Of a stretch of 64,000 nt of DNA, positions 13,755-34,399 are shown one piece after another. The stretch lies in assembly GCF_009914755.1 (NCBI RefSeq), contig NC_060934.1, one strand, 5' to 3'. Numbering within the stretch: the stretch's first letter is position 1; each line of letters opens with the position of its first letter. The stretch comes from the human T2T-CHM13v2.0 reference genome, Homo sapiens. Position numbers and translations under genes: made by a program. Below the pieces are notes generated by a model. The model searched no databases and was not told the origin of the DNA. It was given only the letters and a program-made list of their open reading frames with translations.

Positions 13755-14062
13755 ATCATTTATTCATAAATATATATTGAGATATTTTAGTAGGTGCTGG
13801 GATTAGACTAGATATTGAGGGTTCAATAGTGAGCAAAAACCAGGCACGGATTCCACTTGCATGGAGATTACAGGCCAGTGCAGGGTAGACATTAATCAAG
13901 TAATCCTGCATACATATAAAACTTAACAACTGGGAATACCAGATGAAGGAGGTCATAACAGTTTTCTGAGAGCAAGAACGCACTGATTGTGGTCAGGAAA
14001 ACTTGTCTGAAGAACTGGTATTTGAGTTGAGAGCTGAAGGATGAGTAATTGTATTTAGCTAT
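13755..14062 (-). mobile_element. L2 3' remnant
   Basis: TCATTTATTCATAAATATATATTGAG tail, GGTCAGGAAAACTTGTCTGAAGA, TTTGAGTTGAGAGCTGAAGGATGAGTA. Confidence 0.7.
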
Positions 14063-15580
14063 ACTTAGGTTTTCTTTTTATGTAGTATCTAGTTTTTAAT
14101 TTGTTCATTCACTTTCTACCATTTAATTATACACTGCTTTAGGCCAGAAAATGGCCTTTCTGTTTCACTTGAATAACTTTATAGAGCATATTTATGCTCA
14201 TAGTCCTGCTTAGCCTTCTGCAAATTACTTATAGGAACATGTTGGGCTTGAGAGTAATTTAACTTAGGCTTTCATTTCTGTAATTGTTTTACAATGCTGC
14301 TTTTATATCACTCACCTACAGGGTTTAGTTGAGATCTCTGTATCATTTGCACAAAGCTGTTCCGATGAGCATGGTACCCATGGGTTTAGATACTGATCTG
14401 CGGTGGAGATTCAGTTGGCTGATGAGCCATGCATTGACTTGGCAAAATGATGGGTTATTTTTACTGATGACATTAGTGACTCCTGTACTGTTAAGTTACA
14501 AGAACATTTAATGGTTATTAATTGGCAAGATAAACTAGTAGCAGTTTATGAAGATTGGCGGAACAGATTTTGTTTCTACTGATAATGTAAGAATGGAAAG
14601 AAAATGATAGAAAGGTAGGATCCAAGATCCTCTAAATCTCTAAAGCTCATCTGACAACTTAACTGCCTTAAGATTCTCAGTATTTTATAACGGAATTTCT
14701 ACAAAGGGGTTGTAACTATAAAGGAGTCTTTCGGCGGACCCAGACTTGGAGGGTCTGCTGGAACTCAGGATGGTTATGCAAGGACTGAACATGAGGCAGA
14801 ACACCATGCTTTCTCTAATTTAGTCAAACACTGATATTCCATCAGGGTTGTAAAGAGCAGATATTCTGAGATGAGCATCTCTCTAGAATTTATCTCTGGT
14901 TTAAGGCCTCCTTCCTTTTGAGGGGCCTACTAATTTTGGTATTGAGCTTCTTCTACACTTGCTGAGCCACAGCCCATTTATCTTTTTGTTGGAGACTTAG
15001 CTAAGGGTTGGGCAGTCATTGAAGTGGACCAGGTGGTAGCAGAAGATGTGATCTTTTCATGTTAGGGACCAAGAGATGCTGCTAAAGGGGCAATATTTTT
15101 GGTGTTTGTTCTGATTTGTGTCAGGGACAAGTGGATGGCTCAATTGTCTTTGTAGTAGTTTGGGCTAAATTAGAGCTATTTCTTTCACTTGAAGTTAACT
15201 TACCACTCTGATTAGCTGTATGGCCAGGAAAAAATGCAATCATTTCAGAAACTTGGCAGAGGACACCTTAGCTACAAGAAAAGATTATGAGTCTTTAGCC
15301 CATGGTGATGTGATTTGAGAAGTCATGGAGCCAAAAGTCTTAGAATAGGGTTTCTCTTTAGATAAACTTAAGGAAAAGACCGATTGCTCTATGCTCATGG
15401 CAACCATTAAACTAACAAAATTGGTTCTAAACCTGTTTAATCATCCAATGACAGTTCAATAGCCATAGTATGAAGTATTAACTGGATGTAGTTTCAAACC
15501 TCTTTAGTGGACTAATGACAAATTGCTTCAGTTTAACAGACACCTGGAAGCCAACCATGAATGATATAGCCTCTCACTTT

Positions 15581-17524
15581 TTTTTCAACTTTTATTTTAG
15601 GCTTAGGAGATACATAAACAGGTTTATGACATGGGTAGATTGTGTGTTGTGGGGGTTTGCTGTACAGATTATTTTATCACCCAGGAAATAAGCATAGTAC
15701 CTGATAGGTAGTTTTTCCATCTTCACCCTCCTCTCTTCCTCCCCCCTCTCCCAGTCTTCACCCACAAGTAGGCTCCAATGTCTGTCGTTCCCTTCTTTGT
15801 GTTCATAGTGTTCTCAATGTTTAGCTCCCACTTATAAGTGAGAATATGTGGTTTTCTGTTCTTGCATTAATGAGATTAGGATAATGTCCTCCAGCTCCAT
15901 CCATGTTGCTGCAAAGGACATGATTTTGTTATTTCTTATGGCTGAGTAGTATTCCATGGTGTATATATGCCACATTTGCTTTATTCAGTCCATCACTGAT
16001 AGGCATCTAGATTGATTCCATGTTTTTGCTATTGTGAATAATGCTGCGATGAACATATGACATGCATGTGTCTTTATGGTGCAATGATTTATATTCTTTG
16101 GGGTATATACCCAGTAATGGGATTGCTGGGTCACATGGTAGTTCTGTTTTAAGTTCTTTGAAATTCTCAAACTGCCTTCCAATCTCTAAACTACTTTTTT
16201 TCATTGATGAGCTAATTTGCATTCCCATCAGCAGTGTGTCAGCATTCATTTTTCTTTGCAGCCTGGCCAGAATCTGCTACTTTTTGACTTTTTAATAATA
16301 GTCATTCTGACTAGTAGGAGATGGTATCTTACTGTGTTTTTATTTGCATTTCTCTAATGATTAGTGTTGAGCACTTTTCATATGCTTTTTGACCACATGC
16401 ATGTCTTCTTTTGAGAAGTATCTATTCATGTCGATTGCCCATTTTGTAATGCGGTTGTTTGTTTTTTGCTTGTGATTTGTTTAAGTCCCTTATAGATTCG
16501 GATATTAGACATTTGTTGGATGCATAGTTTGCAAATATTTTCTCCTATTCTGTAGGTTTTCTGTTTACTCTGTTGATAGTTTCTTTTGCTGTGCAGAAGC
16601 TCTTTAGTTTAATTAGGTCCCACATGTCAACTTTTGTATTCGTTGCACTTGTTTTTGAAGACTTACTCATAAATTCTTTGCCAAGGCCAGTGTCCAAAAT
16701 GGTATTTCCTAGCTTCTCTTCTAGGGCTTTTAAAAAAAGAGTTTTAGGTTTTACATTTAAGTCTTTAATCCATCTTGAGTTGATTTTTTATGTGAAAGGA
16801 AAGGGTGGTTCAATTTCAATCTTCTGCATATGGCTAGCTGGTTATCTCGGCACCATTTATTGAATAGAAGTCTTTTCCCCATTGCTTGCTTGTGTCAACT
16901 TTGTTGAAAATCAGATGGTTGTAGGTGGGCAACTTTATTTCTGGGTTCTCTAGCCTGTTCCGTTGGTCTATGTTTTTGTTTTTATACCATACCATGCTGT
17001 TTTGGTTACTGTAGCCTTATAGTATAGTTTGAAGTCAGGTACTGTAATGCCTCCAGCTTTGCTCTTTTTGTTTAGGATTGTTTTGGCTGTTCTGGCTCTT
17101 TTTTGGTTCCATATGAATTTTAGAATAGTTTGTTTTCTAATTCTGTTGAAAAATGATGTTGGCAGTTTGATAGGAATAGCGTTGAATCTGTAAGTTGCTT
17201 TGTGCAGTATGACCATTTTAACATTATTGATTCTTCTTATCCATCAGCATGGAATGTTTTTCCATTTGTTTGTGTCATCTCTGATTTCTTTGAGCGGTGT
17301 TTTCTAATTCTCATTGTAGAGATTTTTTACCCCTTTGGTAAGCTTTATTACTAGGTATTATATTCTGAAACTTTGCTAAGTTGTTTATCAGTTCTAGGAG
17401 CCTATGGACAGAGATGATAAGGTTTTCTAGGTGTAGAATTATATCTCTCTGAAAAGAGATAGATGGACTTCCTCTCTTTCTATGTGGATGACTTTTATTT
17501 CTTTCTCTTGCTTCATTGCTCTGG
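15581..17524 (-). mobile_element. 5'-truncated L1 (L1PA15/16-like)
   Basis: Antisense 3'UTR plus ORF2 C-terminal remnants ([28 protein letters not shown]). 15-bp TSD ATAGCCTC[T/A]CACTTT at 15566-15580 and 17525-17539. Internal deletion near 17365. Confidence 0.95.
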
Positions 17525-20130
17525 ATAGCCTCACACTTTGAAAGTGAGACAATTGGTGGTGGACTGATTGGGCCGATTGGAAGTCAATATTTTCATCAAT
17601 CTGTGTTCTATGAGCACTACTTCTCTTAGACCTTGAAAAGCCCTTACAAATTGCATTTTTATATTTCTGTTCTGTTTTTAGCATTGGATGTTTATAGTTC
17701 AGTGTTTAAAGCACTCAATACATATTTATGTATTTTTATTTTATTTTTAGACGAGTGTTTAGTTGACATTCACCTGAGCTGCTTTACAGAAGTCTCTAGG
17801 TGCTGCTAAGGAAGAGTAATGACTCAGGAACCATTGAAGCCCCATTGCAGCTGGATATTGGTAGAAGTCAGAATGTAGAATGATAAAAATGTGGAACAGA
17901 GATAGAGACTACAGACATAAAGGGATAGAAACATCTAAGTTCAGTGAATGCATAAATATTAACTTCAAGACAGCATAGATATTATTTATTGGCCCTAAAA
18001 CATTCCAAAATTTATAGTTTTATAATAAATTCACTATGATTCTAAAAGTTAAGGATTGCTTCAAACCTCTGTTCACAGATATGTTAACTCCAGAAACAGA
18101 GACATATTTCTGGTTAAACTCCACAGATTATCACAGGTAACAGCCAGATAAATATACTGTATATATTTTTCATTGTCTTTGTCCCCACCGCCACTTGCCC
18201 ACTTTTTTAGTTTTGATTCTCTTTAACTCCCAGCACTTATGGAATACATTTTTAGAAAAAGACCATTGCATGGAACACTGAACATATAAACCCCTTTAGA
18301 ATCTGGCTTCTGTTTTTCTGCCCTAATCTCTTTCCATTCCCACTCCAAACACAGAGACACACACATGCACACAAACACACGTACCAAAATATTAATCGTC
18401 ATCTCAGCATGCTAAAGCCTGCGTTTGTATCCATAGTCCTGCATTTTCTTTGCTGGGAAGGCCTTCTCAGAGTTGTACAAATCCTCATCCTATAAACCTC
18501 AGTTTGGAGAGGGCTTTGAAATAAATCTGTTTTCATCCTAGGAAAGGAGTTGATTATTTCAAAGGCTCGTTTGCATCTAAACAACTTCTAGCACTTACCA
18601 CGAAGAATTGTAGTTATTTTCTTACATGTCAACAGACTCCAGAGAGGAAAAGCTCAAATTTTATTATTATTATTATTTGTATTCTGAATCTTAGAATCAA
18701 AGAAGACTTATAGGTAATGTTTGAATGAATATAAAGAATTCTTTCCAGTTGGTAGTACAGAAAACAATGCATTACGTCTAGTAAATAATTAATTGATCCG
18801 TTTTGTATGGCCAATAGATGAAAAGCTTCTATTTTGGCTATATCTCCTGAAGTGTAAGTGGTCTTTTAAAAATGTAATCATAGTGAATGAAAATTGTTAA
18901 GAAGAACTCTACCTATCCTAGTTTACAAATGTGGCATCATGATGATAGAAATTATACCAAACTTCAACATTTTTTTGGGTGGAATTTGTTCTTTATGATT
19001 GTCCCATTTGATAGTTTTTTAAAAATTCCACAAATCTGAACAAGGCATGTCTGTTCATGGCATTAGTTGCATTAAGTTTTACTAAACATGTTCTTTCCCG
19101 GAATAGAATCTCAGGTAAAATAGCACTTCCCATCAGAGCTTCCCAGCCTCTGGTAAGCGTAGGAGTTGTTTGCTAAGCCTGTTTTCCCGAGATGTGTGCT
19201 AATGTTTTCTCTTACTCAGAGCTTCCATTAGCAGGCTTTTAAGACCCCTCCAATCAACCTCTAACAAGGCTGATGCTCAGATAAATGTAAGTGAAGGAAA
19301 AAGAAAAAGTGTATATACATACACACACACATATATGTATATGTATATACACTCACGAAAAGTTTCAGAAAAATAATTAGTGTTTACTTTGAGGTTTTCA
19401 CTTTGAAAGCATCCTTTTAGAAGCAGATCTGTAGATCATTAGGAAGACTTCTGAATAACACAATAGTAGATAACTCTAGTGAAAAAGAGTTATTTCTTTC
19501 TGAGTTAGTTTTGAATATAAGGTCAAAATGTATCATTTCAGGGCTAGAGCTATATTTAGGTTATTTGGGCTAAACTCATTTATAGGCAGGATTAATTCAC
19601 ACCAGGAAGGCTGGGAAGTATTGTTAGAAAATGTCAGGAAGGAACTGTTTTTACTGTGGGATAGGTTTCTGCTTGATGCAGAGACGTCCGGGCTTTTATA
19701 ACATTATACCACAAAGGTCAAGGCAGTACTCAGGATCAACAAGCAGCCCTTTAGGGTCAGTTTCTTCAAAGGCTTGGATTTCACTCCCACTCAAAGTGGT
19801 AAACTGATAAATGTGGAGTCTGGGTAAAGAGATTGGCTGGATCAGCAAATGTATTATCGCTGAAACCAAAACACAACATGACAAACAGCAAACAAAAACC
19901 AAAATCAAAGCCAGTATTAAGCCAAGTCCCATCCCCTCCCTTAAAAAAATTAACATTTAAGGAGGACAGGCCAGTATCTTCCTAGTAGATAAAAAGTAGT
20001 ATATTAAAAGAATTAAGTTCTTGCTTTCATAACCCCTAGGTTCAGCCTTTCATTAAAAAACCGATAACCTTAATTTGAATTAGCAAGTCTGTAATAGAAA
20101 GAACTGTCTATGGTAGTATTAGGGACCTGA

Positions 20131-20255
20131 TGTTTTGAGCTCTATGTGCCAAAATTAGCTGTGTCACCTTGGGCATGACCTTGCCTTCAGATTTTTTTTT
20201 TTTTAAACTAAGAAAATTTAATTAGATGAACTAAAAAGTCTCGTCTGGCTCTGGT
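20131..20255 (+). mobile_element. MIR-family remnant
   Basis: TAGCTGTGTCACCTTGGGCA ... TTAGATGAACTAA ... TCTGGCTCT. Confidence 0.5.
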
Positions 20256-20463
20256 GTTAAGAAGGATTTCTGAGGAAGGATGATTAAATTTGGAAGCATA
20301 GGTCTGGGGTGCCAACTGATACTATATTAGGACATTTCCTGGAGCTGAAAGGTGCTGGAAATTTTAATTATTCATCAGGCATGACGCAACTTTCAGTTGA
20401 TTTCTGGGTTGAGGGCTGAAACAATTGAAATTGTTCTCCAAGAGATCTTGGCTCTGTTTGTGA

Positions 20464-20849
<386 letters not shown>

Positions 20850-20920
20850 AGGAATGTCACTTTTCATATTAAGATATCTTTTTATTCCTTCTTCTCCATT
20901 AATATGGTCATTAGCTAGTA

Positions 20921-21477
<557 letters not shown>

Positions 21478-22377
21478 AGCAACTGACTTTTGACAATGAC
21501 ATTTCTAGGAGGTGGTGCCTCCACCATCATCTGAGAATCATTTGTTCTACGTATAGATTCCTGGTCCGAATTCAGAGGTTCTAGCAGTATAGGAACTTTA
21601 CATTTCTTAGCAGAAAAATTAATTTAGGAAACCACAGGCTTAATGAACTTAATCCTTAAGATTTCTTGAGTTATTATGTGATATTAATCATTATTCTATT
21701 GGAGGAAGTTACCAGAAGTCCTTATAGCATTATGAAATCATTGTGACCTTTGTTTTTACTAAGGTTTTGATATAAAAAATAGCCATATGTTTAATGACAT
21801 TCTTTGTTCTTTATTGCTTTAGAGTTCATGGCCATTACCTTCTCAATGTTCCTTCTATTAAGACCCTTGGGACAAATTTTTTCCAACACACAGGTTTAAA
21901 AAAAGTTTGTTTCTATTGATGAATTGTTGTGATTTCTTCTACTAGACAATGAGAATTGTGTAACATATCATATTACCCTTTGCGTAGGCTGCTAGGAAGC
22001 TCAGGGCAAAGCTTTGAGTTCAGTTGTGGTAGTGTTCATTAGTCAGAGTTTTCTGGATGTAATTTCTACCTTCCATCTTTATAAATTGGCATTTTTGTTT
22101 TATTTGATATCAGTATATGTGTAGTTTTATTGTTAGCCAGTTAAAATCACTAATTGAAGTGGAAGGAATAAGCAGATTTAATGAGAATGATTCGTTTTAA
22201 AAGCTATGCTTCTTAACTACTCTCCCATATGCTCTGGCAAAATAGTGTCTTCCTTGTTTTTTACATCTAAGGCACTGTTTTCATCCCTTTCAATCTGCAT
22301 TAACTAACTGCTTCTGTGTATTTATTGGTCTAAGCATTATTTGGTTATTCCTGCATTGCATTTATTTCCCCCTGGTT

Positions 22378-22893
22378 CAGTATTTCCAAAACTTCCTTAA
22401 TCATAGAATCCCTTGGAAGTGCTTGTTAAAAATACTCAATCTCAAGACACCCTCCCCTGTTCCAAAAATCTGATTTGGTAAGTAGATGACATGGTAGGTG
22501 ATATGGTTTGGCTGTGTCCCCACCCAAATCTCACCTTTTATTGCCATGTGTTGTGGGAGGGACCCAGTGGGCGGTGATTGAATCATGGGGGCAGGTCTTT
22601 CCTGTACTGTTCTGGTGATAGTGAGTAAGTCTCACAAGATCTGATGGTTTTAAAAACAGGAGTTTCCCTGCACAAGCTCTATTTGCCTGCTGCCATCCAT
22701 GTAAGATGTGACTTTGCTCCTCCTTGCCTTCCGCCATGATTGTGATGCCTCCCCAGCTATGTGGAACTGTAAGTCCATTAAACCTCTTTTGTAAATTGCC
22801 CAGTCTCAGGTATGTCTTTCTCAGCAGTGTGAAAACAGACTAATACAGTAGGGTTGCATTATCATTTTAGTATGCTGTACTTGAGAAACCCTG
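22378..22893. mobile_element. MER5-like relic split by a THE1 LTR
   Basis: CAGTATTTCCAAAACTT...AGAATCCCTTGG..GCTTGTTAAAAATAC before the LTR, TACTTGAGAAACCCTG after it. Confidence 0.5.
22499..22847 (+). mobile_element. THE1A/B solo LTR
   Basis: TGATATGGTTTGGCTGTGTCCCCACCCAAATCTC ... GACTAATACA. Perfect 5-bp TSD GTAGG. Confidence 0.96.
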
Positions 22894-23461
22894 AAGTGGG
22901 CATGATCTTACCCTTAAGGAGTTCATTACCTAATAATCTAGATCAGTAGATGGTGACATGCCTGGAAAACATCTTATGAAATAAACTTTTGAACCCCATC
23001 GTGGTTTTATTGAATCAGAATCCTTTGGAGTGGAATAAGAAATTTATATTTAAAAGAAAAATCTGAATTGCATCTGATTATCAGCTATATTTGAGAACCA
23101 CATGTGAATATCAAGGGACTTTGGAAGAAAAGACTTATGAGACAATTTAATTAAATGATCTTTGGAAGGGCCAGTATCCTGCTAGCTAATATCGGGGAGG
23201 CTGTAAAATTCTAGAGCAATATTTTTTTCTAATTGTTGATCTGATGATGGCTAAGGTTGAGTTTTACCATATCACATCTCTCTTACCTTTCTCTTCCTCT
23301 GTGATTCCTCTAGTCTTTCCTTTCCCTGTTTCCCTTCATAACTCCCTCCCTCATTTTTCTCATTCATATCTGGAATATATATTACAGAATTTAAAGTTTA
23401 TTATGTTATATTATTTATCTCAGAAAACACTGTTGAGATACAATTTTGATTAAATTCATGG

Positions 23462-24485
23462 CAGAGGTTCTCAAATCTAACCTTACGCTACAATTATTGG
23501 GTCACCTGTGATTTCTTCCAGCAGTGTTTTGTAGTTCTCCTTGTAGAGATCTTTCATCTCCTTGGTTAGATGTATTGCTAGGTACTTTATTTTTTTGTGG
23601 CTATTGTAAATGAGATTGCATTCTTTATTTGGCTCTCAGCTTGAAGGTTATTGGTGTATAGAAATGCTGCTGATTTTTGTACAATGATTTTGCTGGTGGG
23701 GCTGCAGAGAATAGGGAATGCTTGTATATTGCTGGTAGGAATGTAAATTAGTTCAGCTACTGTGGAAAGCAGTTTGGAGATTTCACAAAGAACTTAAAAC
23801 AGAACTATCATTTGACCCAGCAATCTCATTACTGAGTATATATCCAATGCAAAATCAATCATTCTACCAAGAAGACAAGTGCAGTCATATGTTCACTGCA
23901 GTACTATTCACAATAACAGAGACATAGAGTCAACCTAGTTGTCCATTAGTGGTGGGTAAAGAAAAGGTGGTACATGTATACATGGAATACAATGCAGCCA
24001 TAAAAAAGAATGAAATCCTGTCTTTTGCAGTAACATAGATGCAGTCAAAGGTCGTTATCCTAAGTAAATTTACACAGGAACAGAAAACCAAATACTGCAT
24101 GTTCTCACTTGTAAGTGGGAGCTAAATGTTGGATATACATGGACATAAAGATGGGAGCAATAGATACTGGGGACTCCTAGATGTGGGAGAGGGAGGGACA
24201 AGGGTTGAAAATCTACCTATTGGGTATTATGCTTACCACCTGGGTGACAAGATCAATCGTACCCCAAACCTCAGCATCACACAATATACACATGTATCAA
24301 ACTTGTACATGCACACCTTGAATCTAAAATAAATGTTGAAATTATATATAAAAAAGAATTACTTGAGGAGCTTTAAAAACCTCACCTTATGGTAATTAAG
24401 TCTGGGGTTGGGGTCCTGGTATGTGTATTTTTTCTGAAAGTTTTCCGGTTAATTTGAATGGTATTCAGGCTTGAGAATAACTAGT
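23462..24485. mobile_element. MER5-like relic split by an L1
   Basis: CAGAGGTTCTCAAA before the L1. GAATTACTTGAGGAGCTTTAAAA ... GGCTTGAGAATAACTA after it. Confidence 0.5.
23501..24355 (+). mobile_element. Old L1PA/PB-type insertion with inverted 5' segment
   Basis: 23501-23692 is antisense ORF2 sequence. 23691-24355 is the sense ORF2 end plus 3'UTR and A tail. Degenerate TSD. Confidence 0.9.
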
Positions 24486-25013
24486 TTATTTTGTTTTACA
24501 TTAATGCATTCAAGTTTTTGAACTTGAACTGAGGTCTTTTGCATTCTGCCTTTTTTGTTGTTGCTCTTCGTATCTTTTAATGCAAAAATTTTGTTATATT
24601 GGACAGCCTTTAATGAGACAGTAAACTGTTGCACTGAGGCCAAAGAGAAAACCATGTAATAAGACATTACTTTATGTCTTGTAATCAGAAAACTTGCCAT
24701 CAGGCTCTGACATCATCTATGGGAAATACGGATGTTATCCCCACAAAACTAAGATTTTGGGTTTTCTGTTGTCACCCATTTTTTTCCTGTATAATTCTAA
24801 ATATTTTGTAGTGAACTATGCATCTTCCTTAGAGACTGAAGTATTTAGTCCTTATAACTTCCAAGACATGCCATGGCATATCCTGTTGTTTTATTTTCCA
24901 AGTAAGGAAAAGCTTAGATTGTGAGTATTTTAACAAAATCTTTTTTAAACCCATAAATATTATTTGAATACCTGTAAATTCAAGGAAGCATAATAATGAG
25001 AGATGTTTGTCTC

Positions 25014-25378
25014 TGTATTAGTCTGTTTGCACGCTACTGATAAAGACGTACCTGACACTTGGTAATTATTTAAAAAAAGAGGTATAATGAACTCACAGTC
25101 CCAGCCCCACGTGGCTGGGGAGGCCTCACAATCATGATGGAAGACAAAAGGCACGTCTCACATGGCCACAAGCAAGAAAGAAGATAAGAGCCAAGCAAAA
25201 AGGGAAACCCCTCATAAAACCATCAGATCTCATGAGACTTATTCACTACCACGAGAACACTATGGGGGAAGCCCCATTATTCAATTGACTCCCACTGGGT
25301 CCATCCCACAACATGTGGGAATTTTGGGAGCTACAATTCAAGAGGAGATTTGGATGGAGACACAGCCAAACCATATTA
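25014..25378 (-). mobile_element. THE1-family solo LTR
   Basis: TGTATTAGTCTGTTT ... CAGCCAAACCATATTA. TSD GTCTC/GTTTC. Confidence 0.93.
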
Positions 25379-25399
25379 GTTTCCTTCAGAGAATTTATA

Positions 25400-25830
25400 G
25401 TTATTCATCAAACATTTAGGGAGTCTCTGTGCTAGATGTGTTGCTGGGCATTGGGAATGGGTATAGGAAATTCCTATGGGAATTCCCATAGGAAACTCAC
25501 AATCACATGAATGAAAAAGATATACTAAGAGATATGACAAAGATATGTGCAGTCTAATTGGGGAAATAAAATCAATACTTATGAAACAAATATTAGGAAA
25601 TTGTTATTAGATCATAACTGGAAAATAATTAGAGAATGATTAAGTGCTAAAATAGAGTGCTACTGTTTAAAGTGTAATAGGAGTTCAGAAAGTATAGTGT
25701 CCAATATGGGCTAGAGTAGTTGGGTTAAGCGTCATGGAGAAGGTGGTACTTTACTGTGTCCTGAAGGAAGGACAGACTTTGCTAGATGAGTGTGGAAGGG
25801 GAGGCCATTCCAGGCATAGGACTTAGCAGA
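25400..25830 (-). mobile_element. L2 3' remnant
   Basis: ATTCATCAAACATTTA, GTGTTGCTGGGCATTGGG, GTCATGGAGAAGGTGG, GCCATTCCAGGCATAGG. Confidence 0.6.
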
Positions 25831-25845
25831 GCATAGGTCCAATAA

Positions 25846-26237
<392 letters not shown>

Positions 26238-28297
26238 AAGAAATAAGTTCTTATATTTTGGAGGGGTGTCATGAATCTTTTTGATGACTGAATGAAATCT
26301 ATGCAGCCCTTTCTCCGGAGATAGGAGGCATGTATAAACATGTATACATATGTATACACATATATAAAGAGGCAAAGATTTTGTAACTAATTTTAGGGGT
26401 TTTATAGCTTCCTTAAAAGCAAACGGAGGAAATAAACTATATGTGTTTCTTTTTTTTTTTCAAAATGACTATAGGTTTATGAGCAAGGGAGTGAGATTAT
26501 TATCTTGGTTTAGGGATGATTTCCTGGTTTGGGGAAACTTTCCTTGTTGTATCAGTGTAATTACAAGCATCAGAGCCAGGAAAGAACTGGAAATGGAGGA
26601 AATGAAGATGACCTAGACTGGGAAGGCAGTTATCAGGATGGAGATTAAAGCAATAAAAGAAAGATATTGTGCATTAATTAACTGACGATGAGTCTTTTGA
26701 ATAGATGGAATGCAAGGAATAATTTTTTGTGTACATTTTAGTTTTTACATTTAATGTTCCAAATATTTTATGAAGTATTCTATGATATCAAAGGTTATGT
26801 AGTTAGCTATCTTAAGAAGCAGTAAAACTGTAGTAAACATTTTTAGAAGTGACCATTGTGAATGAAGAAAAAAGTAGTATTTTTCACCAGATTAATTTGA
26901 AGGATAAAATAGAGGAGGGTAAAAATATATTCAGTGCTATCAAATTTCTCAAAATGGTTTGAATTTAGAAAGAAGGAAGGTTTTGTTGTTAGCATGAATT
27001 CAATAATGAGCCATTCAAAAAAAACCTACTTTTAAAGAAGTTTTTATTTACTCGTTCATTCATAGCTGAATTAGGTAACTTGGTTTTTTATAAAGAAGTA
27101 TAACATAGGAAATCTGTGTGTAAGGGAACCATATGTTCAAGGAAGAGATGATGAGCTTGGATGTCCTTAAGGTTGAGGAAGACAGCTGTTAACCAGCAGA
27201 GGGAGTGTGTTAACTGGATTTTTGATAGTGTTAATATTTTTCGCACAAGTGACTGAGTGATAGTAAAAGCTTTACTCTGATAGGGTGAAAAATCAAAATT
27301 ATAAGTGTGTCGTCTAACTTAGTAACTAGGATCAATTACTTTTTTTCAGGAGAATCTCTGCATCATGCTTTTATGAAATTAGATATGAGATTGAAATTGA
27401 CAAACTAAAGAAAATATGGTAATAAATATTGTTTTATTCTTGTTTACTTTTGCAAAGTTCATAGCTTTTCTTGCTTTCTGCCAGAATGCAGGAAGGGATG
27501 TCTGATTTTCAAGAACTGATATGTGGCAATGACTATGTTCACATTTTTGACTAAAATATCCTTGGGTAACTTTTATTTTCTTTAAGAAAGGACTGGATTG
27601 TGTCAATCTGTCTTCCATTGAAGTTTTATATACTATACATTTACCTGAAGGGTATGGTTAACTTTACACAATACCTTTAGAATGAAAGAAAACTGATTTT
27701 AAGAAGGCTGTGCTCATTTTTCATTGCCTGCCAAAAATGAATGCATGAAATAACACAGCAAAAATAACAGTAGTTTAAGCAATCTATCAGTTGCTTTCAG
27801 ATAAATACTTTTGACAGTTCTTCAGTCCTTCTGTTTCAGATATAAAGAAATCCCTGAAATAGCACAGACTTAACCAGTTTCTTAAAAAATAAGCCACAAA
27901 ATGTAAAATATTGCTCTGTAATTAAATGAAGGTGAGATTTTCAAATAGGTGAAACTCAACGAATTAAATTTTTACATACATTTTAATTTTTCTCTCCTTG
28001 AAAAAGAAATTTCAAATCTGGTATGTATTGTTACTATAAGACCAGGTTTTCCCAAACCAACTGGTTAAAAGAATAAAGCTTAATTAAATTAATAATAATA
28101 ACAAGTTTAATTAAAGATTAATAGTACACATCATTCCAGAAAGAAAATGAGGCAGCGTAGAAGTTTATCTAGAGAATAAATAGATGCAAAATAAGTGAAA
28201 AAATTAGGCTTAATGTGTTTGTGAGAGGAGAGATGGAAATATAAGGGTTAGGAAATGGAAGATGAAGCTAGGTTGAAACCACTGTTTTAAAAATCTA

Positions 28298-34304
<6,007 letters not shown>

Positions 34305-34399
34305 AAAAATCTATAAAGTTTATACATTTTTCCAAAGTTGTGCAGAACCTTGATTCTGACTCCTTCAAAGTAGGAGCTAAAATATGCTTTGTGATTTTC

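Noticed and set aside
18590-18602. Minus-strand donor-like CTTACC motifs (also near 774 and 21095)
   Set aside because: Isolated motifs with no matching acceptor or branch point identified.
22499-25378. Two THE1 LTRs as ends of one provirus
   Set aside because: Opposite orientations, separate TSDs and no THE1 internal sequence between them.
26341-26358. 18-bp palindrome TGTATACATATGTATACA
   Set aside because: Part of an alternating purine-pyrimidine low-complexity tract where palindromes arise trivially.
27335-27425. Strong-looking acceptor TTACTTTTTTTCAG (similar ones near 35721, 43148, 53942, 55053, 62974)
   Set aside because: No convincing paired donor at exon distance. Such sites are common in T-rich introns.
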